59,031 nucleotides of DNA from Candidatus Omnitrophota bacterium (lineage in GTDB: Bacteria > Omnitrophota > Gorgyraeia > B26-G9). Position numbers and translations under genes: made by a program. Location of the stretch: positions 147,293 through 206,323 of the forward strand of contig JBDRPX010000003.1 of the NCBI GenBank assembly GCA_043826565.1. Reading direction: 5' to 3'. Numbering within the stretch: the first letter of the stretch is position 1; each line of letters begins with the position of its first letter. The notes beneath the pieces were generated by a model. It searched no databases. It was given only the letters and a program-made list of their open reading frames with translations, and was not told the DNA's origin. This document shows positions 8,506 through 18,066 of the stretch, in pieces.

Positions 8506-10148
8506 TTTATTTATTGTTAATTTTATTAAGTCTGCGTCCGTTTATTTGTGAACAGACAGCGGTAAAAGATGAAATGTTTTTTAACGCATTCCTTTTTTTG
8601 CTTATATTTATTTCTTTTTTTATCAAGAGAAAGATAGTTATCAAGAGTTCGGGGGGGTGCTGGGCATTAATTCCGCTCGTAACTTTTTTGCTTGGTTCAT
8701 TATGTTTTTCTAAGACGTATATTAGTTTTAATGAAATTATCCAGGTTTTAACTAATGTGTGTTTATTTGTTTTTGCGCTTACTTTAAATAAGAAAGAACT
8801 GCGTTTTTTTATTTCTGCGGCAATCTTAGTGGGCATTGTGATTTCATCAAGGGCAATATATCAGTATGTTCACGGGTTCGCGTATATTGCGGAACATAGC
8901 AGTATTGCTGCTGCCGGGTTTTACGCCCAAGATATGATCAGCCAGCGAAGAGTCGTGGGGTGGTTTTCCGGGCCGAATATTTTAGCCGGATATATTCTCA
9001 TGTTGGCGGCGGTATGCTTTGCCCATATTGTTGAATTCTTAAAAGAGGGAAATAAAAGGCAATTAAGAGCTTTTTGTTTTGCGGGTTTATTTTTATTTGC
9101 CGCATTGCTGGCGACAAAAGCGGTTAGTGCGATATTTAGCCTGATTGCTGGGTTATCGGTGTTTGCTGTTATTATCCTGAAAAAAAATATACTGCTGCGA
9201 AAAATAATTATCGGAATGATTTTTTTTATGATTTGTTGTTCGGGCTTTGTCTTTATGAATAGGATAAATTGTTTTTTAAATCTTAATAATTCTAATAATT
9301 CGTTAACCCAAAGAGTAAATTATTGGACAAGCAGTATTTTGATGATAAAAGAAAATCCGATTGCCGGAGTGGGGGCGGGCAATTTCGGATTGGTTTATCC
9401 GCGCTTTAAAAAAACTTCTGCAAATGAAACAAATTATGCGCATAATCTGTTTTTACAACTATGGGTAGAGAATGGGATTTTTTATCTGGCATGCTTTGTT
9501 TTGTTCTTAATGTGCTTGTTTAAACACTTGTTTTCTGAGAAGGAAGATTGTCTGAAACTGGGCTTGGCATTAGGATGTGCTGCTTTTTTGATTTATAATA
9601 TGTTTGATTTTAGTTTTTTTGTTTCTCAAGCATCACATCTTTGGTGGATTTTTGCTGCCTGTGGATTAGCCTGGGGAAAAGAAGATGGACGCATTGAACA
9701 CGGCCAAAATAATGAAAAAAAAGAAATATTTTTTAAATTTGTATTTTGCGGAATAATTTTGTTTCTTACTTTTAATTTTTTTATTCGCTATTCTTCTGAA
9801 TGTGAATTGAATAAGGGGATAGATTTTTTAAAAGATAAGAAATATGATCAGGCATCTTTGGCAATACGAAAATCCTTGAGAGTAACCCCGAAAAATGATT
9901 ACGGTCATTACCTGCTGGCGATTACTTATGAAAAAAGCAATAGCGGGATATTTTCTGATGAAGTTATTGAACAATACAAAAAAGCGATTTCCCTAAATCC
10001 GGGGTATGCATATTATTATTATTACCTGGCTGATTATTTTAGAATAAATAAAAAATATCAAGAAGCTCAAGAATTTTTAAAAAAAGCACTTATTTTTTAC
10101 CCTCAAAATGATAAATTTTTGTCCGAAATGAAATCCCTGGAATATTAG
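8502..10148 (+). CDS. O-antigen ligase (Wzy_C)-family membrane protein with C-terminal TPRs
   Basis: Many TM segments; PNILAGY; QRVNYW; GVGAGNF; YAHNLFLQLWVENG; TPR-like tail. Confidence 0.85.
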   Translation: MIYLLLILLSLRPFICEQTAVKDEMFFNAFLFLLIFISFFIKRKIVIKSSGGCWALIPLVTFLLGSLCFSKTYISFNEIIQVLTNVCLFVFALTLNKKELRFFISAAILVGIVISSRAIYQYVHGFAYIAEHSSIAAAGFYAQDMISQRRVVGWFSGPNILAGYILMLAAVCFAHIVEFLKEGNKRQLRAFCFAGLFLFAALLATKAVSAIFSLIAGLSVFAVIILKKNILLRKIIIGMIFFMICCSGFVFMNRINCFLNLNNSNNSLTQRVNYWTSSILMIKENPIAGVGAGNFGLVYPRFKKTSANETNYAHNLFLQLWVENGIFYLACFVLFLMCLFKHLFSEKEDCLKLGLALGCAAFLIYNMFDFSFFVSQASHLWWIFAACGLAWGKEDGRIEHGQNNEKKEIFFKFVFCGIILFLTFNFFIRYSSECELNKGIDFLKDKKYDQASLAIRKSLRVTPKNDYGHYLLAITYEKSNSGIFSDEVIEQYKKAISLNPGYAYYYYYLADYFRINKKYQEAQEFLKKALIFYPQNDKFLSEMKSLEY

Positions 10149-10253
10149 TAGTGTTTTTTACTCCACTCTACCACATTATATTGTGCTTCAAATTGAGATA
10201 ACCCCCTGTAAATAGTATAATTAAATATTTTTAAAAAAAGTTGCATTTTTTTG

Positions 10254-10282
10254 TTGACAGATACTTTTATATAGCGTATATT
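10254..10282 (+). promoter_or_regulatory. dcw (mraZ) promoter
   Basis: TTGACA (10254-10259)-N17-TATATT (10277-10282). Confidence 0.75.
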
Positions 10283-10290
10283 AAGTATCA

Positions 10291-10321
10291 GGTGGTGAAA
10301 AGTGGAGGAGAGTGGAGTAAA
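10291..10321 (+). promoter_or_regulatory. MraZ-binding direct repeats
   Basis: GTGG at 10292, 10302 and 10312 (10-nt period) immediately before mraZ. Confidence 0.8.
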
Positions 10322-10323
10322 TT

Positions 10324-10764
10324 ATGTTCTATGGTGAATTTGAACACTCATTAGACAGAAAAAGCCGCATTATCATTCCTGCTAAGTTTCGCGAGGCATT
10401 GAAGGTCAGTTATGTGGAGAAATTCTTTATGACCCGCGGACTTGATACCTGCTTGTTTCTATTTACTGAAGAAGAGTGGAGAAAGCAGGAACAAAAATTT
10501 AAAGCCTTATCTTTCACTAAACCGGAAGCGAGAAGATTTAACCGATTGTTCTTTTCCGGGGCAAGTGAAGTTGTTTGTGATACCCAGGGCAGAATCTTAG
10601 TCCCCCAATATTTAAAGGACTTTGCCCAGATAACTAAAGATGTTGTAATTATCGGTGTTTCAAACCGGATAGAAATATGGAGCAATGTGAAGTGGAAGGA
10701 ATTTTATGAAAATTCTCGAGAGACCTTTGAAGATACTGCCGAAAAACTCATGGATTTGGAATAG
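10324..10764 (+). CDS. mraZ: Division/cell wall cluster transcriptional repressor MraZ
   Basis: MFYGEFEHSLD, TRGLD, DTQGRI, GVSNRIEIW. Confidence 0.97.
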   Translation: MFYGEFEHSLDRKSRIIIPAKFREALKVSYVEKFFMTRGLDTCLFLFTEEEWRKQEQKFKALSFTKPEARRFNRLFFSGASEVVCDTQGRILVPQYLKDFAQITKDVVIIGVSNRIEIWSNVKWKEFYENSRETFEDTAEKLMDLE

Positions 10765-10774
10765 AGAAGGAGAA

Positions 10775-11662
10775 ATGAGCCGACACACCCCTGTTATGGT
10801 CGAGGAAGTTTTATCGTACTTGCAGCTTTCGCCAGGGAAGGTGATTGTTGATTGTACTTTGGGGGAAGGGGGGCATAGTGAAGGCATATTGAGAAAGATA
10901 ACGCCAGGTGGGAAGCTTATAGGCATAGATCAGGATGATGATGCTTTAAGTATCACCCGCCTGCGTCTTTCTCGTTTCGAAGGGTCTTTTGATTTGGTGC
11001 ATTCCAATTTTAGAAATTTTCGGGAGATTTTGTTTCAGTTAGGGGTCGACCAGGTTGATGGGGTGGTTTTTGATTTAGGAGTTTCCATGATGCAGCTATC
11101 CACCCCAGAGCGTGGTTTTAGTTTCCGTCATGACGGTCCTTTAAATATGCGCATGGATAAATATGCCCAGATAACGGCTTTTGATCTGGTGAATAATCTT
11201 TCTGAAGAAGAGATTGCTAATCTTATTTATACGTTTGGCGAGGAAAGATATAGCCGCAGGATAGCCCGTCGGATTATCGAAGAACGGACAAAAAATGCGA
11301 TAGCCACAACCGGGCAGTTAGCGGACATTGTGATGAAATCGTACCCATATCACGATCGGTATCGTAAAATTCATCCGGCAACCAGGACTTTTATGGCTCT
11401 CCGGATTGCTGTAAACAGAGAACTGGAGGTTTTGCAGTCGGGAATTTGCGATGCGATTAATATGCTTAGAAAGGGAGGTAGAATCTGTGTGATTGCCTTT
11501 CATTCTTTAGAGGATAGAATTGTTAAGAATGAGTTCAGGGCCCAGGCAAAAAATGGAGTTTTAAGTTTAATTACTAAAAAGCCTCTTGTGCCCACAGAGG
11601 ATGAGATGCTGCGCAATGCACCTAGTCGTAGTGCGAAATTGCGTGTTGCGGAAAAACTATAA
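10775..11662 (+). CDS. rsmH: 16S rRNA m4C1402 methyltransferase
   Basis: HTPVM, DCTLGEGGHS, DLGVS, HPATRTF, FHSLEDR, RSAKLR; start moved to ATG 10775 after AGGAG. Confidence 0.97.
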   Translation: MSRHTPVMVEEVLSYLQLSPGKVIVDCTLGEGGHSEGILRKITPGGKLIGIDQDDDALSITRLRLSRFEGSFDLVHSNFRNFREILFQLGVDQVDGVVFDLGVSMMQLSTPERGFSFRHDGPLNMRMDKYAQITAFDLVNNLSEEEIANLIYTFGEERYSRRIARRIIEERTKNAIATTGQLADIVMKSYPYHDRYRKIHPATRTFMALRIAVNRELEVLQSGICDAINMLRKGGRICVIAFHSLEDRIVKNEFRAQAKNGVLSLITKKPLVPTEDEMLRNAPSRSAKLRVAEKL

Positions 11663-11692
11663 CAGCTTTTTCTCTTAAAAAGGGAAACCCCT

Positions 11693-12064
11693 ATGAAATT
11701 GAAGACAATAATAATCTATGCAGTGATTACTACGGCTGTTTGCATAGGATATGTCCATCAGCAGGTTACAATTATTACTTACGGATATAAACTGCGGATG
11801 AAGGAGAGAAAACTTTGTGAGGTTGTTGACCGCAGCAGGGTTTTATTATACAATAATACCAGCTTAAAGGCTCCCCAGTATTTGGCAGGCCGATTGAAGG
11901 AAAACGAAATTGACTTGCAAATTCCTGACACTGAGTCAGTTGCAAGAATTCGGATTGTGCGCCACAAAATGGAAGATTTAGCCAAGGCTTCTAATAACGG
12001 GTGGGGAGCACGCCTATTTGATATGGTGGTGCCTAAAGCTCAAGCAGCATTGAATATTAGATAA
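11693..12064 (+). CDS. ftsL: FtsL-like cell division protein
   Basis: Position between rsmH and the PBP; single N-terminal TM followed by a coiled-coil. Confidence 0.6.
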   Translation: MKLKTIIIYAVITTAVCIGYVHQQVTIITYGYKLRMKERKLCEVVDRSRVLLYNNTSLKAPQYLAGRLKENEIDLQIPDTESVARIRIVRHKMEDLAKASNNGWGARLFDMVVPKAQAALNIR

Positions 12065-12126
12065 TAGTTTCCGCCAGCGCATCAAAATTTTTTAAACCTA
12101 ACATTAATAAGGATTGATCTATCAAA

Positions 12127-13845
12127 GTGTATAAAAAGGCGCAAAAATTCCGCCTGATGTTCATTTTTTTCTCTTACCTCTTCTTTTTGTTTGTTATTCT
12201 GATTCGCTTGTTTAACATCCAGGTATTACATAACCGCAATTATATAAAACTGGCTGATTCCCAGCATAACCTTACGCTCACACTTTATCCGCAAAGAGGA
12301 ATGATCTATGACCGTAATATGAAAATGTTCGCATTAAGTCTGAAAGTATATTCAGTATATGCGGAACCGCGGATTATGGAGAATAAAGAGCAAATCAGCC
12401 AGAAATTATCGGAAATCTTAGGGGTTGAGCAGGATAAAATATACAGCCGTTTGAAAAAAGATAAGTTTTTTGTTTGGATAAAAAGGAGAATTACTGAGGA
12501 AGAAGCGGAAAATATTAAGGCTCTTAACTTGCATGGTATCGGGCTGTTAAATGAAAACAAGCGTTATTATTCGAATGGCTCATTAGCTTCTCATGTTTTG
12601 GGTTTTGTCGGCTTGGATGAGCAGGGGCTGGAGGGGCTGGAGTTAGAATACAATAATTATTTAAAAGGCGAATTAGGATGGCGGTCTTTGATCAGGGACG
12701 CAAAACAAAGAATGCTTCCTGCTTTTGAGTATGAATTTGTTCCCGCTATTGATGGAAATAATTTATTACTGACGATTGATGAAGTTATTCAGCACATAGT
12801 TGAAGAAGAATTGGACAAATCATTCGAAAAGAGTAAAGCGATAGGTGCCTCTGTCGTGGTGATGGACCCCGCTACAGGAGAAATTTATGCTTTAGCCAAC
12901 CGGCCTTGTTTCGATCCGAATTCTTTTGGGAAATCCTCTGCGGATCAGCGTAGAAACAGAGCTGTATGCGATTATTTTGAGCCGGGGTCAACATTTAAAG
13001 CAATAACAGCTTCGGCTGCATTGGACAAGGGGGTTGTTAAGGTTGAAGATAAATTTTTTTGTGAGAACGGGTCTTATCGCATTGCCGGGCACACATTACA
13101 TGATCATAGACCCCATGGTAACTTGACTTTTGCTGAGATTGTTGAAAAATCAAGTAATATCGGGATTGCCAAGGTTGCTCAAAAAATGGGAGAAAAAACT
13201 TTATACAGTTATATTAAGAAGTTCAGATTTGGGGATCTTACCGGAATTGATTTACCCGGAGAAACCAATGGGTTTATAAGGCCGGTTGAGCAATGGTCAA
13301 AGCTTTCTATAAGTGCTATCCCCATGGGGCAGGAGATCTGTGCTACGGTAATTCAGATGGCCCGGGCAATGGCGGTAATTGCCAATGGCGGATATTTAGT
13401 TAAACCCAGGATCGTGCAGAAGATTTTTGATAATAATGATGAAGTTATCCGGGAGTTTAAGCAGGATTCTTATGAACAGATAATTACTCCGGAGACTGCG
13501 GCAACTATGCGCAAGATATTGCAAAAAGTGGTGGAAAGCGGGACCGGGGGGAATGCCCGGATTTCCGGATATACCGTAGCGGGGAAGACCGGGACAGCAC
13601 AAAAAATCGAACCGGGAGGAGGATATTCTCACCATAACTTTATTGCTTCTTTTATCGGCTTTGCTCCGGTAGAGAATCCTCGTTTTGTTATTGCTGTTGT
13701 TTTTGACCAGCCGCGGCCTTATTATTATGGGGGGCTAGTGTGTGCTCCGGTATTTAAGAATATTAGCGAGAAAGTACTTAGATATCTTGATGTTCCCAAG
13801 TCGAATATTATTAATAATAAAAATAAAGAAGAGGTGTTTGATTAA
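12127..13845 (+). CDS. ftsI: Class B penicillin-binding protein (FtsI/PBP3)
   Basis: RGMIYDRN, EPGSTFK (SxxK), SSN, KTGT. Confidence 0.92.
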   Translation: MYKKAQKFRLMFIFFSYLFFLFVILIRLFNIQVLHNRNYIKLADSQHNLTLTLYPQRGMIYDRNMKMFALSLKVYSVYAEPRIMENKEQISQKLSEILGVEQDKIYSRLKKDKFFVWIKRRITEEEAENIKALNLHGIGLLNENKRYYSNGSLASHVLGFVGLDEQGLEGLELEYNNYLKGELGWRSLIRDAKQRMLPAFEYEFVPAIDGNNLLLTIDEVIQHIVEEELDKSFEKSKAIGASVVVMDPATGEIYALANRPCFDPNSFGKSSADQRRNRAVCDYFEPGSTFKAITASAALDKGVVKVEDKFFCENGSYRIAGHTLHDHRPHGNLTFAEIVEKSSNIGIAKVAQKMGEKTLYSYIKKFRFGDLTGIDLPGETNGFIRPVEQWSKLSISAIPMGQEICATVIQMARAMAVIANGGYLVKPRIVQKIFDNNDEVIREFKQDSYEQIITPETAATMRKILQKVVESGTGGNARISGYTVAGKTGTAQKIEPGGGYSHHNFIASFIGFAPVENPRFVIAVVFDQPRPYYYGGLVCAPVFKNISEKVLRYLDVPKSNIINNKNKEEVFD

Positions 13846-15335
13846 TGAAAGCTTCTGAGATTATTAAGTTATTAGGGAAAGAGCCGGAATTTTTAACTGG
13901 TGAGGATTTTCCGGTTAAAGGGATCAGTATTGATTCCCGAAAAGTTGTTCCGGATAGCTGTTTTGTTGCTATTGAGGGAGTTCATGCCGATGGACATGAT
14001 TTTATTGAACAGGTGTTTTTACGTGGAGCGCGGATAATTATTTATAATATTTCTAAACAAGAAAAGATATCCTTGCTAAAAAATAATCAGCAGATTGTTT
14101 GTGTCGGGGTAGATAATACAAGAAAGGTATTAGGGATGTTGGCGGCAGAGTTTTTTGGCCAACCGGCCCGGAAATTAAAAATGATCGGGATTACCGGTAC
14201 TAATGGAAAAACAACAACTTCTTTTTTAATTGAGAATATGCTTAAGAATTGCGGGTTTAAATCCGGAGTGATCGGAACTATTTACTATAAAATAGAGGAT
14301 AAGTTTATAAAAGCGCATAATACGACCCCGGATGCGATAACATTGAATTCCTTGTTTTTAGAAATGGTGCAGAAAAAATTAACCCATGCTGTAATGGAGG
14401 TATCTTCCCATGCACTGGATCAACAGAGAATCGGCGGGATAGGATTTAATATTGCTTTGTTTACTAATCTTACGCATGACCATCTCGATTATCACCGGGA
14501 TATTGAAGATTATTTTTCGGCAAAAGCAAAGCTGTTTACGGAATTAGATAAAAGCGGATATGCCCTGATAAATGGAGATGATGAGTATGGTAAGCGTTTA
14601 AAAACAATGACTCGGGCTAAAGTGATTGATTATGCTATTATTGACCGGCAAGCAGCTGTTCGCGCGGAAAATATTCAATTAACCGCTCAGGGCACAAGTT
14701 TTACGGTAGTTACTTTGCCGGGGAGCGGATATGTAAAAACAAAGCTTATCGGTAAGCACAATATTTATAATATTCTCGGTTGTATTTGTGTTGGTTTATG
14801 CCAGGGAATTGAGTTACAATCTATATGTGATACGATGAGTAAGGCGGAAACAGTGCCGGGTAGGTTAGAGCAGATTTCTTCTGCGGAGCCGTTTGAAGTT
14901 TTCATTGACTACGCGCATACTGATGATGCTTTAAAAAATGTACTCAGTGCCTTGCGCGAAATAAAACCCAAAAAAATTATAACAGTTTTCGGCTGCGGCG
15001 GAGATAGAGATAAAAAGAAACGGCCGTTGATGGGTAAGATCGCCAGCCGGATGTCTGATTTTGTGATTATTACCAATGATAATCCCCGCACTGAGGAGCC
15101 GGAAGAGATTATTTCTCATATCAAAAACGGTTTTGATCGTGAATTTGAAAATTATAAAGTAATTCCGGATCGCAAGCAGGCAATTAAAGAAGCTGTCCAT
15201 AAGGCTGAAGCCGGAGATTTTGTTTTAATTGCCGGTAAAGGTCATGAAACTTATCAGATTTTTAAAGATAAGACAATTGACTTTGATGACCGCAAGGTGG
15301 TTAGGGAGATATTGGATTCAGTACACAGGATATAG
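13845..15335 (+). CDS. murE: UDP-MurNAc-tripeptide synthetase (DAP type)
   Basis: GITGTNGKTT, MEVSSH, DYAHT, DNPR, AGKGHE. Confidence 0.97.
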   Translation: MKASEIIKLLGKEPEFLTGEDFPVKGISIDSRKVVPDSCFVAIEGVHADGHDFIEQVFLRGARIIIYNISKQEKISLLKNNQQIVCVGVDNTRKVLGMLAAEFFGQPARKLKMIGITGTNGKTTTSFLIENMLKNCGFKSGVIGTIYYKIEDKFIKAHNTTPDAITLNSLFLEMVQKKLTHAVMEVSSHALDQQRIGGIGFNIALFTNLTHDHLDYHRDIEDYFSAKAKLFTELDKSGYALINGDDEYGKRLKTMTRAKVIDYAIIDRQAAVRAENIQLTAQGTSFTVVTLPGSGYVKTKLIGKHNIYNILGCICVGLCQGIELQSICDTMSKAETVPGRLEQISSAEPFEVFIDYAHTDDALKNVLSALREIKPKKIITVFGCGGDRDKKKRPLMGKIASRMSDFVIITNDNPRTEEPEEIISHIKNGFDREFENYKVIPDRKQAIKEAVHKAEAGDFVLIAGKGHETYQIFKDKTIDFDDRKVVREILDSVHRI

Positions 15336-15370
15336 AATACAGTTAAAAGATAAAGAAATTTGAAAAACCT

Positions 15371-15395
15371 GTAGGGGCGGGGCTAGTCCCCGCCC
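15371..15395 (+). repeat. GTAG-type REP-like hairpin
   Basis: GTAGGGGCGGGGCTAGTCCCCGCCC; near-identical copy at 24109. Confidence 0.7.
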
Positions 15396-15409
15396 GAGAC
15401 AAAGATTCT

Positions 15410-15435
15410 GTAGAGAACGGGCTTGCCCGTTCTGT
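15410..15435 (+). repeat. Second GTAG-type REP-like hairpin
   Basis: GTAGAGAACGGGCTTGCCCGTTCTGT; stem AGAACGGG/CCCGTTCT. Confidence 0.6.
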
Positions 15436-15456
15436 GACCGTTAATTAGGGACATAA

Positions 15457-16845
15457 ATGATTAGTATCAAAGAAATTATCCAAGCTGCTGACGGGATCCT
15501 AATAGTCGGGAAGCCGGAAGATATTATTAAACGGATATCTATAGATTCGCGGACGCTTTGTGAACAGGATTTGTTTATTGCTATTAAGGGAGATAATTTT
15601 GACGGGCATGATTTTATCTCTGCGGCTTTGGATAAAAAAGCTGCCGGAATAATTGTTTCCGCAAGGTGGTTCAGGGATAATCAGAATAAATTAGAAAAAG
15701 CTGAACAGACAGTTATTAGAGTCGAAGATACGACAATTGCTTTGGGAAAAATAGCGGGGTTTTATCGTAAGAAGTTCAACATTCCGGTAATCGCCGTGAC
15801 CGGATCCAATGGAAAAACAACAACAAAAGAAATGATTTTTACGGTTTTATCCGCGAAGTATAAAGTATTAAAAAGCCAGAGTTCTTTTAATAATCATATC
15901 GGCGTACCGCTTACTTTGTTACAGCTTACCCCGGAACATCAAGTTGCGATCCTGGAGATAGGGATGAATCACAAAGGGGAGATTCGTACTCTTAGCGGCA
16001 TTGTTTCTCCTAATATCGCGGTAATAACAAATGCTGCGGAAGCGCATATGGGATTTTTTAATTCTGTATCCGAGATTGCTCAGGCAAAGTGTGAATTGCT
16101 GGAAAAATCAGATTTATTGGAAAAGGCAATTATAAACGCTGACTCTAAAGAACTTTGGGAAACTGCTTCTAAATATAGAAATAATATTATTGGTATTGGA
16201 ACCAAAGACAATCTCAAGTACTGGGCTTCTAATATTAAGACTGTAGATAATGGTGTGGAATTTAAATTAAATAATAAATACTCCGTTAAACTGAAAATTC
16301 TCGGTGAGCACAATGTGGGGAATGCTTTAGCGGCAATAGCCGTGGCTGACCAATTGGGAATAGATATGGCGGTAATCATTGATCAGCTTGCGTGTTTTGA
16401 GTCTGCCTCTTTGCGGATGCAATTAATTGATATCGGCAATATTAGTGTTATCGCGGATTGCTATAATGCTAACCCTCAGTCAATGAGCGCGGCACTTAAA
16501 ACAATACATGGAATTAAAAGTCGCAGACGTAAAATTGTGGTTGTTGGAGATATGCTGGAGTTAGGAAAATTTAGTGAACAGCATCATCGACGTATTGGTG
16601 AATTAGTTGCTGAATATAAAGTGGATCTGTTTATTTCTGTAGGAAAAGAAGCAGCATTTGCTGCGCAGGGAGCGTTAGCCGCAGGAATGGATAAAAATAG
16701 TGTTTTTAATTGTAGTACGTCTGAAGATGTATATAATATTTTATCCAAACAAATGAAAGATAAAGATTTGATTCTTTTTAAAGGATCGCGAGGAATGCGG
16801 CTGGAGAAGATAATAAGTAGATTGAAAAATATAAGTTACAGGTGA
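15457..16845 (+). CDS. murF: UDP-MurNAc-pentapeptide synthetase
   Basis: TGSNGKTTTK, NNHIGVP, EIGMNH, DCYNANP, GDMLELG, KGSRG. Confidence 0.97.
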   Translation: MISIKEIIQAADGILIVGKPEDIIKRISIDSRTLCEQDLFIAIKGDNFDGHDFISAALDKKAAGIIVSARWFRDNQNKLEKAEQTVIRVEDTTIALGKIAGFYRKKFNIPVIAVTGSNGKTTTKEMIFTVLSAKYKVLKSQSSFNNHIGVPLTLLQLTPEHQVAILEIGMNHKGEIRTLSGIVSPNIAVITNAAEAHMGFFNSVSEIAQAKCELLEKSDLLEKAIINADSKELWETASKYRNNIIGIGTKDNLKYWASNIKTVDNGVEFKLNNKYSVKLKILGEHNVGNALAAIAVADQLGIDMAVIIDQLACFESASLRMQLIDIGNISVIADCYNANPQSMSAALKTIHGIKSRRRKIVVVGDMLELGKFSEQHHRRIGELVAEYKVDLFISVGKEAAFAAQGALAAGMDKNSVFNCSTSEDVYNILSKQMKDKDLILFKGSRGMRLEKIISRLKNISYR

Positions 16846-16942
16846 CAGGTCGCAGGTTACAAACAAGAAGCAATTTAGTGTTATTTCTATTCTTTATTTT
16901 TTGTTTTGACTTGGAACTTGTGACATGTGGCTTGGGACTGTA
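16833..16942. repeat. 7-nt-periodic imperfect inverted repeat arrays
   Basis: (aagttac)(aggtgac)(aggtcgc)(aggttac) ... (gacttgg)(aacttgt)(gacatgt)(ggcttgg). Confidence 0.75.
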
Positions 16943-16972
16943 CTTTTACATAACACATAATTAGGAGAGAGT

Positions 16973-18064
16973 ATGTTTTATTATTTTTTATATCCATTGA
17001 GGGATTGGTTTTTCGGATTTAATGTCTTTAAGTATATTACATTCAGAGCCGCAGGTAGTAGTATTACCGCTTTTCTGATAAGTGCGCTTATTGGTGGTCA
17101 TGTTATAAAACTCTTAAAAAAGATGAAAATCGGAGAAAGTGTCAGGAAGGGGAAAGACTGCGCGTCACTTTATGAACATCATAAGGACAAAGAAGGAACT
17201 CCGACCATGGGAGGGATATTGATATTGGGCACAATTTTTATTTCTGTGTTTTTGTGGGCTGATCTTTCGAATAAGTATATCTGGATTACGATTGCTTCAA
17301 CTTTATGGCTGGGATTGGTAGGGTTTGTCGATGATTATATAAAGCTTACCAGGAAAAAATCCCGCGGATTGACGGCGGCGGTTAAACTTACCGGGCAGAT
17401 GTTCCTAGGTATTGCGGTGGGATTTATGCTTTATAACGATCCTAATGTTGGTGATCGCTTAGATATCCCCTTTTTCAAAAACCTAGTTGTGCATCTGGGA
17501 GCAGCGTATGTCTTTTTTTCAGCGCTGGTAATTATCGGAACTTCCAATGCGGTTAATCTTACTGATGGGCTGGACGGATTAGCTATAGGATGTGTGTCAA
17601 TTGTGGCCGTAACCTATGGCGGTTTTAGTTATGTGACCGGTCATTTTAATTTTAGTGATTATTTGCATATTATGTATATCCCTCAGATCGGAGAGTTGAC
17701 GGTATTTTGTGCGGCGATGTTTGGTGCCGGCCTGGGGTTTTTATGGTATAACTGTCATCCGGCAGATGTGTTTATGGGGGATACCGGGGCTTTGGCTTTG
17801 GGCGGAGCTATCGGGACAATTGCTATTCTAATCAAAAAAGAATTATTGCTTTTGTTAGTCGGCGGGATATTTGTTGTGGAGGCAATATCGGTTATAATTC
17901 AAGTTATCTCTTTTAAGTTTCGCGGTAAAAGAGTGTTTTTAATGGCTCCGCTGCATCATCATTTTCAGCTTAAAGGCTGGGCGGAATCAAAAATAATCTT
18001 TCGTTTTTGGATTGTGGCGATCATATTGGCTTTGGTCAGTCTATTAACATTAAAATTAAGATAG
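16973..18064 (+). CDS. mraY: Phospho-MurNAc-pentapeptide transferase
   Basis: GTPTMGG, DDYIK, NAVNLTDGLDGL, FMGDTG, MAPLHHHF. Confidence 0.98.
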   Translation: MFYYFLYPLRDWFFGFNVFKYITFRAAGSSITAFLISALIGGHVIKLLKKMKIGESVRKGKDCASLYEHHKDKEGTPTMGGILILGTIFISVFLWADLSNKYIWITIASTLWLGLVGFVDDYIKLTRKKSRGLTAAVKLTGQMFLGIAVGFMLYNDPNVGDRLDIPFFKNLVVHLGAAYVFFSALVIIGTSNAVNLTDGLDGLAIGCVSIVAVTYGGFSYVTGHFNFSDYLHIMYIPQIGELTVFCAAMFGAGLGFLWYNCHPADVFMGDTGALALGGAIGTIAILIKKELLLLLVGGIFVVEAISVIIQVISFKFRGKRVFLMAPLHHHFQLKGWAESKIIFRFWIVAIILALVSLLTLKLR

Positions 18065-18066
18065 AA

